From a virus (Duplodnaviria; Caudoviricetes), in IMG/VR virus record IMGVR_UViG_3300012952_002144, positions 1-24,548 of that record: DNA of 24,548 nt. One strand, 5' to 3'. The notes beneath the pieces were generated by a model. It searched no databases. It was not told the origin of the DNA and was given only the letters and a program-made list of their open reading frames with translations. Made by a program: the position numbers and the translations under genes. Below, in pieces: positions 17,429 through 23,094 of the stretch. Numbering within the stretch: the first letter of the stretch is position 1; each line of letters opens with the position of its first letter.

Positions 17429-17997
17429 TACCTTGTTATTCTGGTTGTATAACTGGCTTCTTCTTCGTTCCACCAGTGTGGTTTGTTTCTTTTTGTCCAA
17501 TTTGCGAAGGTTGCTTTATCTTTGTGATAAAATCTTCTGTAGGCTTGGACTGTGTCTGTGCCTTTGAGTTCGTCTGGCATAGCTTGAGCAAATGGTGTGA
17601 GCCCAATGCTTGGTAAGTCGATGTCTGGTAACTTAGCAATGACATCATGCATTGATTTATGCGACTTTCCGTATCTATGTCCGTATTCTTCATTGAGTTC
17701 GTATGCCAAATTGTAGAGCCACTCATAATTATCGAGACTCTCGCGTACCCATATACTACAAGGGTGATTGTACATAGTAGGCAAATAAGGATAAGGACGG
17801 GGCTCATCTTGTTTGTGAACTCTAACCTTTTCCCACTCTTCGCCTGTGATTTTTCTTGGGACATACCCGACATATTTATCAATCCAATGTGCTGTGCATA
17901 GTAGCTGAGCTGATTCCAATATCATCTTTACTACATGCTTATCAACATGATACTCCGCACAGCGAGTTATATCTTCGTCTAATATAAAAATATTCAT
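17428..17997 (-). CDS. Pyrimidine-dimer DNA glycosylase family protein (DenV-related)
   Basis: MNIF.LD...H.DKHVVKM.LESAQLL...HPCSIW...EY..RY.K.H...QAMPD family signature. Confidence 0.78.
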   Translation of the reverse strand: MNIFILDEDITRCAEYHVDKHVVKMILESAQLLCTAHWIDKYVGYVPRKITGEEWEKVRVHKQDEPRPYPYLPTMYNHPCSIWVRESLDNYEWLYNLAYELNEEYGHRYGKSHKSMHDVIAKLPDIDLPSIGLTPFAQAMPDELKGTDTVQAYRRFYHKDKATFANWTKRNKPHWWNEEEASYTTRITR

Positions 17998-18003
17998 ATT
18001 GAT

Positions 18004-18045
18004 ATTATACTAAAAAATGAGAGCCATGTCAAGAAATATTTTCAG
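18004..18045 (-). promoter_or_regulatory. Sigma70-type promoter, leaderless transcript
   Basis: AAAATATTTC-TTGACA(18032-18027)-17-TATAAT(18009-18004)-6 nt-ATG. Confidence 0.9.
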
Positions 18046-18055
18046 CATGGCTCTC
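18012..18055 (-). terminator. Intrinsic terminator overlapping the promoter
   Basis: GAGAGCCATG/CATGGCTCTC 10-bp stem followed by AUUUUUU, 8 nt after the upstream stop. Confidence 0.7.
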
Positions 18056-18062
18056 TGTTAGG

Positions 18063-18443
18063 TTATTTTTTCTGACCAGCAGTTGGCTCTTTATGCGTTC
18101 CTGCATATAAACCAAACCAAGCTGCGCCAGCACCAACAATAATACTAATCAATCCTGATTGTTCTAAAGTTGGCTCTGGTAGTTCCATAAACCAGATGGT
18201 TGAATAGTAAAGTAAAAAGATGTATATACTCAAGAACGCTCTTGGGAATATTCTCCAACTATCTATCATTTGTGCTAACCAAATTCCTTTTTGCCAAGGA
18301 TTTTCTGGTTCTGCTTTCATTTCCATCTCTAAAATCTTAGCTTTTAGTTGTCCTATTTCGTCAACCATAGCCATAAATTTTTGCAAGTCTATTTCTACCT
18401 CATTACGACTCATGTCGCCTGAGAATCTATCGACATCTGCCAT
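18063..18443 (-). CDS. Phage membrane protein (coiled coil + 2 TM; holin candidate)
   Basis: DSWRIFPRAF...SGLISIIVGAGAAWFGLY; SD GGAG. Confidence 0.7.
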   Translation of the reverse strand: MADVDRFSGDMSRNEVEIDLQKFMAMVDEIGQLKAKILEMEMKAEPENPWQKGIWLAQMIDSWRIFPRAFLSIYIFLLYYSTIWFMELPEPTLEQSGLISIIVGAGAAWFGLYAGTHKEPTAGQKK

Positions 18444-18456
18444 TTTAGCTCTCCCT

Positions 18457-18672
18457 TTACAAAGTTTTTACACTTCGTAGCTTGCCCTTATTTAAAGGTC
18501 GTGAGTAGTATTGTTCTGCAATATCCCACGCTTCATCTACAGCACAGTATCTAAATGATACTACAATCTCAATCGCTTGAGATGGATTTAGCTGTTGTTC
18601 TTCTACTAAAGTAGAAAAGAGTTCTTCAGCGTCCTTTAATGTAATTTTACGCAAAGTGTTTGAGAAACTCAT
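18457..18672 (-). CDS. Hypothetical protein
   Basis: 71-aa ORF in operon. Confidence 0.6.
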   Translation of the reverse strand: MSFSNTLRKITLKDAEELFSTLVEEQQLNPSQAIEIVVSFRYCAVDEAWDIAEQYYSRPLNKGKLRSVKTL

Positions 18673-18835
18673 ACTTTGCGTCAGTCGTATCTATTGATTG
18701 TATATCAACAGTATATACTTGTATTACTTTATCACTAGACTTTATTGTGTGAAGTAGCCAATCTTTAACTGGCTCGTCTTCGACATCTGCTTTTAATATC
18801 AACTCTACTTTAATTGTTTGTGTTGTGTCTACCAT
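18647..18835 (-). CDS. Hypothetical protein
   Basis: ORF; start moved to ATG 18835 to minimise overlap. Confidence 0.6.
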   Translation of the reverse strand: MVDTTQTIKVELILKADVEDEPVKDWLLHTIKSSDKVIQVYTVDIQSIDTTDAKYEFLKHFA

Positions 18836-19134
18836 ATTGTTATTAATAAATTCCTTATTAAAAATATCAGCCCTACTCCATTGAGTATAACTAATGCTCT
18901 GTCTTTCCATAGTATACTTACTACTAACCAGCCTGTAACGCCTACCATTGAAAAGGCTAAATCCATTTTTTCAAATCCTTCTACGCCTCTCATAGACATA
19001 GCAAAAAGTATAAACGAACTTGCTATCCATTTAATATACCAATCTAATGTATATTTTGGAGTAGCTGATTTAAAAATCCGTTTTGAATTTTCTAGTTCTT
19101 CTTTGTTATATTTCAATTCTTGTTCCTTATTCAC
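18829..19134 (-). CDS. Small multi-pass membrane protein
   Basis: Three hydrophobic segments, DWYIKW...GWLVVSILWKDRAL..LN. Confidence 0.72.
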   Translation of the reverse strand: MNKEQELKYNKEELENSKRIFKSATPKYTLDWYIKWIASSFILFAMSMRGVEGFEKMDLAFSMVGVTGWLVVSILWKDRALVILNGVGLIFLIRNLLITIW

Positions 19135-19369
19135 TACTATTAGACCATTCCTCTATTGATTCTTGTTCTAATATCCAATCTTTTAAAACTACTAAATACT
19201 CTTTCAAGTCTTTAGCCATTGCAATATGAAAGTCTTTGTTGTCTGGGTCTTGTAAAGATAGTTTATTATGAAGGTCAATCGTCCTCAATATTTGGGCGAC
19301 CGAATCCTGCCAAGGTTTTCTTATCTTGGTCGAGAATGTTCGTTTGACTTTCGCTATCTTTTTTTCCAT
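19127..19369 (-). CDS. Hypothetical protein
   Basis: 80-aa helical ORF, SD GAGG. Confidence 0.68.
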   Translation of the reverse strand: MEKKIAKVKRTFSTKIRKPWQDSVAQILRTIDLHNKLSLQDPDNKDFHIAMAKDLKEYLVVLKDWILEQESIEEWSNSSE

Positions 19370-19502
19370 TTTCCTCTAATTTGCTAAATGCTTCTGCAAT
19401 GTAATCTTCTAGTGTCATACCTCTTTCTGCGGCGTGTTGTCCACACACCATCAAAAAGTCTTGCGACACTTCTACTGTTTTATCTTTATACTTAAATATC
19501 AT
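19275..19502 (-). CDS. Hypothetical protein (RHH-like N-half)
   Basis: VEVSQD...AAERGMTLEDYIAEA resembles a ribbon-helix-helix; 95-nt overlap with the downstream ORF. Confidence 0.55.
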   Translation of the reverse strand: MIFKYKDKTVEVSQDFLMVCGQHAAERGMTLEDYIAEAFSKLEENGKKDSESQTNILDQDKKTLAGFGRPNIEDD

Positions 19503-19920
19503 TGAATAGGTCTGCTTCTGCCTGTCGTCTTCTTGTTAGTCCTTCGAGAACTTTACCGCCAGCTTTATTCCAACGAAGCATTTGATTGCCTACTTCGGAA
19601 TAATCTCCAGCATTTAAGACTTTAAGCATTGTAGATGAGTTAAAATTGGTTGGTCCAAGGTTGTACACCCAAGATACTAGGGCGTCAAATTGGTTTTGAC
19701 TTAGCGGTACTTCGACTGCTGTATTTACATAGTTCTCGTACTCCTCTAATTCTACCTCTAGCATATAGTCAGCATGGCTTTCACTCCATGAATCGCCAGG
19801 TTGTACATCTTTGGTATGACCATATCCAATAGTCCATACTCCTGCAGGGCATTTGTATGCGTCTAACTCTAACCCTTCAAAATGTTTTATAAGTTCTAAT
19901 CCTTTTTTTCCTATTTTCAT
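19492..19920 (-). CDS. Endolysin, GH24 phage lysozyme
   Basis: IKHFEG.ELDAYKCPAGVWTIGYGHT, QNQFDALVS..YN.G, GLTRRR.AE; ATG 19920 coupled to the iscA stop. Confidence 0.93.
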   Translation of the reverse strand: MKIGKKGLELIKHFEGLELDAYKCPAGVWTIGYGHTKDVQPGDSWSESHADYMLEVELEEYENYVNTAVEVPLSQNQFDALVSWVYNLGPTNFNSSTMLKVLNAGDYSEVGNQMLRWNKAGGKVLEGLTRRRQAEADLFNDI

Positions 19921-20222
19921 AAATAAAAACTTTCTCCACAGCCACAACGACCAGATTCTCCTAAATTTTCTACTACAAATTCTTGTGTTAATTTATCTTC
20001 TTTCCAATCAAGTATAGCATTTTGTAGATATTCGTGGCTTGTAATATCTACTGCCAATATATTTGAATATACTATATCAGTTAAACTAGGCATTTCTTCA
20101 AAGTTTAAATCATACATATATCCGCCGCAACCACCTCCTGTGATTGAGAGACGAGCGCCCCAAGTTTGTTTTGAGGCAACTCTCTCTTTCAAATTGAATA
20201 ATGCTTTTTCTGTTATTTTCAT
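19917..20222 (-). CDS. iscA: A-type Fe-S cluster carrier (IscA/SufA/HesB family)
   Basis: M.ITEKA, GGGCGGY.Y and CGCGESF: three conserved Cys. Confidence 0.88.
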   Translation of the reverse strand: MKITEKALFNLKERVASKQTWGARLSITGGGCGGYMYDLNFEEMPSLTDIVYSNILAVDITSHEYLQNAILDWKEDKLTQEFVVENLGESGRCGCGESFYL

Positions 20223-20389
20223 TATAAAATTGGTGCCATTGCGATATACATAAATATGAACATGAATATTAACATTCCTAGTCCTATTATATCCTCGCAA
20301 GTTTTTCCATCTGGGCAGTATTTATCTTTTAGGTCTTGAATCGTTTGCAAGTTTGCATGACGACTCAAGAGCCGTAATGCTTTTTGCAT
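20222..20389 (-). CDS. Small membrane protein, 55 aa (not in ORF track)
   Basis: MQKALRLLSRHANLQTIQDLKDKYCPDGKTCEDIIGLGMLIFMFIFMYIAMAPIL; strong SD; TAATG coupling to iscA. Confidence 0.68.
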   Translation of the reverse strand: MQKALRLLSRHANLQTIQDLKDKYCPDGKTCEDIIGLGMLIFMFIFMYIAMAPIL

Positions 20390-20402
20390 AATCCTTCTCC
20401 TC

Positions 20403-20831
20403 TTAACCTATCTCAATCGTTCTAGGTCTTTCTTCTTCAGGTGTATTTACCTGTAAGTTTACTACTAACATGCCGTTCATGAAACCCGCGTCAGCAACTT
20501 CTACCCAATCTCCAAGAGTGAAAATTCTCGTGAATGTTTTACCACTCAGCCCTCTATGGATATATTCTTCCTTAGAGTCTAATTCTTGTTTCTCTACTCC
20601 CTCAATAGTGAGTTTGTTCTTATGTTGCTTTATTACTATATTGTCCTTGTTCCAGCCTGGCAGCGCCATTTCTATGCGATAGGCTTGTTCACCTACTGCT
20701 ACCAGATTGTATCTTGGATAATTAGTTAGAGGGTTTTGGTCAACCCTTCTTGCCAACTCGTTTTGCAAACGGTCAAAACCGACAAATAACTTGTCAAAGT
20801 CATTAAATTTCAATGCTGTAATTCCAGTCAT
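20403..20831 (-). CDS. Small heat-shock protein Hsp20 (IbpA-like)
   Basis: VGFDRL, YPRYN, YIHRGL, F.R.F.L, NGML and PEEERPRTIEI; SD AAGGAG before ATG 20831. Confidence 0.93.
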   Translation of the reverse strand: MTGITALKFNDFDKLFVGFDRLQNELARRVDQNPLTNYPRYNLVAVGEQAYRIEMALPGWNKDNIVIKQHKNKLTIEGVEKQELDSKEEYIHRGLSGKTFTRIFTLGDWVEVADAGFMNGMLVVNLQVNTPEEERPRTIEIG

Positions 20832-20847
20832 TATATTCTCCTTATGT

Positions 20848-20888
20848 GGCTCCTTTCGGCAGCCGCTATGAGTCCCTTTCGGCAACTC
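20848..20888 (-). promoter_or_regulatory. Tandem bulged-G GAAA-tetraloop hairpins in hsp20 5' UTR
   Basis: GAGUU[G]CC-GAAA-GGGACUC and GGCU[G]CC-GAAA-GGAGCC directly upstream of the SD. Confidence 0.65.
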
Positions 20889-20900
20889 GGTTATTATTTT

Positions 20901-20985
20901 ATGTCTAGCTGAAACCCGCTCACTGGTGGAAGTGAGACTCCTACCTCGCCCTCGGATAACTCGTTATCCTACTCGTGCCAGACAT
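20901..20985 (-). ncRNA. Candidate structured RNA element (multibranch) in hsp20 leader
   Basis: Closing stem AUGUCUGGC/GCUAGACAU enclosing the GGAUAAC/GUUAUCC and CUCACU/AGUGAG hairpins; GC-rich relative to flanks. Confidence 0.5.
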
Positions 20986-21059
20986 AGACAAGGGTTTTAA
21001 TAAGGCAGTTCCCTCAACTGCAAATCGCTTTTCGTGAATTTTTTATTCTTCACATGATT

Positions 21060-21100
21060 ATTATATCAAATTTATACCAACTTGTCAAGAACAATTTTTC
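21060..21100 (-). promoter_or_regulatory. Sigma70-type promoter for hsp20 operon
   Basis: AAAAATTGTTC-TTGACA(21088-21083)-17-TATAAT(21065-21060). Confidence 0.9.
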
Positions 21101-21248
21101 AGTCCTCATCAAGTTCGATTAATCCTTTTTCTTCAAGGTAGTCTAGCGTTTGCGAGATACCCTGTCTTTTTGCAAGTCCCCATGTTAAATGAACACATGC
21201 ACAAAGGAAGATAAAATATAATATATCTACTTCAGTTATTGAATACAT
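21099..21248 (-). CDS. Small membrane protein, 49 aa (not in ORF track)
   Basis: MYSITEVDILYFIFLCACVHLTWGLAKRQGISQTLDYLEEKGLIELDED; SD AAGGA. Confidence 0.7.
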   Translation of the reverse strand: MYSITEVDILYFIFLCACVHLTWGLAKRQGISQTLDYLEEKGLIELDED

Positions 21249-21310
21249 TGGTCTTTCCTTAGTGTTAAATTATAAGCCCTTTCCCAAAGTTATTCTTTTC
21301 ATTTATATAT

Positions 21311-21346
21311 ATTATACTAAAAAATAAGCGCGGAGTCAAGAAAAAT
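21311..21346 (-). promoter_or_regulatory. Sigma70-type promoter (leftward half of divergent pair)
   Basis: TTC-TTGACT(21339-21334)-17-TATAAT(21316-21311). Confidence 0.85.
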
Positions 21347-21359
21347 CGTCAACATAGGT

Positions 21360-21399
21360 AAAAATAGTTCTTGACATTGCACCCTAAATTTAGTATAAT
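21360..21399 (+). promoter_or_regulatory. Sigma70-type promoter (rightward), leaderless transcript
   Basis: AAAAATAGTTC-TTGACA(21371-76)-17-TATAAT(21394-99)-6 nt-ATG. Confidence 0.9.
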
Positions 21400-21405
21400 A
21401 TAAAC

Positions 21406-21585
21406 ATGAAAAAATCCAAAAGAAGCAGATGGAGCGAGAAGGATATTCGCCTACTAAAGAAGTTATATGGCGAACTTCCGATAGAAGAACTGCAGGGCAT
21501 AATCGGTAAAACTGAAAGTGCTATCCGTTCAAAAGTCCACTACCTGCGAAAGCGAGGTTGGTCATTCACTAGCACTCGAAGATAG
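21406..21585 (+). CDS. Small Myb/SANT-like HTH DNA-binding protein, 59 aa (not in ORF track)
   Basis: MKKSKRSRWSEKDIRLLKKLYGELPIEELQGIIGKTESAIRSKVHYLRKRGWSFTSTRR shows the W-S-x-x-[DE]...G-[KR]-T-x-x-A-I-R-S-K pattern. Confidence 0.78.
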   Translation: MKKSKRSRWSEKDIRLLKKLYGELPIEELQGIIGKTESAIRSKVHYLRKRGWSFTSTRR

Positions 21586-21594
21586 GAGTATAAC

Positions 21595-21852
21595 ATGGGC
21601 GAAGTAATACCTTTCCCAATAATAGATAAACAAAGCATTGCTGAAGAACTTACAGATGAAATCAGTATGGAACTCATTACTTTAATAGAAAGAAAAGGAT
21701 TGAGACTAGATACACCCGATTTTTGCTACGATATGGCATGGGTTGTCAAATTTCTTGAAATTTTAGTAAAAAATCAGCATGGCATCAAAACACAACTAGG
21801 AGAAGATATAAAGAGGTTTAAACCTCAAGATTTGTATGAGAAGGAACAATGA
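21595..21852 (+). CDS. Hypothetical protein
   Basis: SD AGGAG; N-terminal VIPFP motif. Confidence 0.75.
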   Translation: MGEVIPFPIIDKQSIAEELTDEISMELITLIERKGLRLDTPDFCYDMAWVVKFLEILVKNQHGIKTQLGEDIKRFKPQDLYEKEQ

Positions 21853-22060
21853 TAGAAACCAACGAAATTTTGACCGAATGTTGCGTCAATTTCGTAGGCG
21901 TGTGCAAAATAGTGGTGTCCTAGAGGAAGTCAAGAAACGCCAGCATTATATTAAACCTTCAGAAAAAAGAAAGAACGCTCTCAACGCTGCTAAGCGCAGA
22001 GAAAAGCGTAATCTTGCAAGTAATTCCCTACCACCACGAAAGCCACACGGATACTACTGA
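21836..22060 (+). CDS. rpsU: Phage-encoded ribosomal protein bS21
   Basis: FDRMLRQFRRRVQNSGVLEEVKKRQHYIKPSEKRK..AAKRR matches the bS21 consensus (LRRFKR...G.L.E.R.R..YEKPS); SD GAGG upstream. Confidence 0.88.
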   Translation: MRRNNDRNQRNFDRMLRQFRRRVQNSGVLEEVKKRQHYIKPSEKRKNALNAAKRREKRNLASNSLPPRKPHGYY

Positions 22061-22144
22061 GGCAAAATCCACCAATCAATTCAAATAAAAAATATTTTTA
22101 TGTTTGCTCAAAGGCGTACAGACGGTCTTTTCATCGACCTACGC

Positions 22145-22184
22145 AAAAATTTGCTTTGCAATTTTGTTAAAAGTGTGGTATAAT
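22145..22184 (+). promoter_or_regulatory. Sigma70-type promoter with extended -10 pointing into non-coding DNA
   Basis: TTGCAA(22156-61)-17-TATAAT(22179-84), preceded by TGTGG. Confidence 0.75.
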
Positions 22185-22196
22185 ATATACATAAAA

Positions 22197-22383
22197 TGGC
22201 AATTAAAACTGCTAACTACTAAACCTCAACCAACACATAACTAACGAGAGATCGCTGCCTGAGAACAGCTCTCCGAAGGAGAGATGGACGAAAGCCAGCG
22301 TATCTGTTCAGAGTGTGAATTATGGTTGAGTTAAAGCAACTAATTGGACTATATGAATTAAAAAAAGCTAATATGAATTGCCA
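22197..22383 (+). ncRNA. Candidate ~190-nt rod-shaped non-coding RNA
   Basis: Nested stems TGGCAATT/AATTGCCA, CTCAACCA/TGGTTGAG, CACA/TGTG, AGAT-CGCTG/CAGCG-T-ATCT and apical CTCTCC/GGAGAG; own promoter; no long ORF. Confidence 0.55.
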
Positions 22384-22555
22384 CTAAATTTTAACACTAA
22401 AAACAAATTACTACAATTGCGTCTATCTGATGCGATTACTTTTATGCATAACTTCGCCAAACCAAAATTATTTATAACATGTTTTAAGCTGTCTGACTAC
22501 CTTAACTTCAACGATATGTTCTCAATCTATGCAAATTTCCCCTAGACTACTAAAA

Positions 22556-22605
22556 CCCCGTTGCGGTTTAGCGTCAAGAGGTCTGTTTTTGCCCCGTTGC
22601 AGTTT
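22556..22605. repeat. Direct repeat CCCCGTTGCRGTTT x2
   Basis: Copies at 22556-22569 and 22592-22605, 36-bp period, one mismatch. Confidence 0.6.
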
Positions 22606-22613
22606 GGTTTAAA

Positions 22614-22919
22614 CTACTTACCAATGTCTTTGATATTTTCTTTGGGTATCACTTGGTATGCGCCCTTGTTGTAAGGTATAGCCACAGTGTATTGCTTAGA
22701 TATTTCTTGTTTGTATGAATTGTCCTCAGCTTTCGTAGGCTTACTACTGCCCAGAGGCAAGCTAGGATATTTTTCTTGATGTGCTTTGATTTCTTCTAGC
22801 CGAGGATTCGGCTTAGGTGTTTTTTGTTGTTTGAAGACAGGCTTACGCTTCTTTTTGTAAGCACTAGTCTTTCGTTTTCGCCCTGACGGACTGTATCGCA
22901 TATTTCCATTTATAATCAT
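22614..22919 (-). CDS. Basic hypothetical phage protein
   Basis: Lys/Arg-rich; C-terminal YTVAIPYNKGAYQVI motif; leaderless start. Confidence 0.78.
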   Translation of the reverse strand: MIINGNMRYSPSGRKRKTSAYKKKRKPVFKQQKTPKPNPRLEEIKAHQEKYPSLPLGSSKPTKAEDNSYKQEISKQYTVAIPYNKGAYQVIPKENIKDIGK

Positions 22920-22925
22920 ATAGAT

Positions 22926-22967
22926 ATTATACTAGGCTTTTAAGGATTTGTCAAGAATTATTTTCAG
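22926..22967 (-). promoter_or_regulatory. Sigma70-type promoter, leaderless transcript
   Basis: AAAATAATTC-TTGACA(22954-22949)-17-TATAAT(22931-22926)-6 nt-ATG. Confidence 0.9.
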
Positions 22968-23094
22968 TTTCCCACTTATGCTTAGTTTTTCTACTATATT
23001 TCCGAGATGTGTGAAAGCCACCCCGTAGTTTGCTATGCTTTGCTACGAGGTTTCTTAGTGTGATTTTTCTTTTTCTGGTTCTTTTTGGCTTCAT
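22951..23094 (-). CDS. Small basic protein, 47 aa, ArfA-like motif (not in ORF track)
   Basis: MKPKRTRKRKITLRNLVAKHSKLRGGFHTSRKYSRKTKHKWETENNS; ATGA-coupled start; YxRKxKH motif. Confidence 0.62.
   Translation of the reverse strand: MKPKRTRKRKITLRNLVAKHSKLRGGFHTSRKYSRKTKHKWETENNS

Noticed and set aside
803-20682. Plus-strand ORFs in the track (e.g. 803, 3437, 5292, 6888, 10511, 11397, 14873, 18818, 20470), and likewise 23679
   Set aside because: Antisense shadows of well-supported minus-strand genes; no promoters, SDs or motifs.
20838-20865. Classical ROSE thermometer or sigma32 promoter at hsp20
   Set aside because: No U(U/C)GCU pairing with the SD and no CTTGAAA-CCCCAT promoter visible.
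20832-20885. TTG-start N-terminal extension of Hsp20, and similar extensions of iscA, lysozyme, MazG, DUF3310 and D11
   Set aside because: Downstream ATGs have SDs or stop/start coupling; the extensions overlap other genes or RNA hairpins.
22255-22300. Hammerhead-like CTGAGAA...GAAA in the candidate ncRNA
   Set aside because: The core should be CUGANGA; G8 is missing and stems II/III do not form properly.
22197-22383. Retron msr-msd or tmRNA interpretation
   Set aside because: No reverse transcriptase in the window; no tRNA-like ends or ..AA* tag frame.
22556-22605. Possible mini-CRISPR array
   Set aside because: Only two 14-bp copies and no cas genes.
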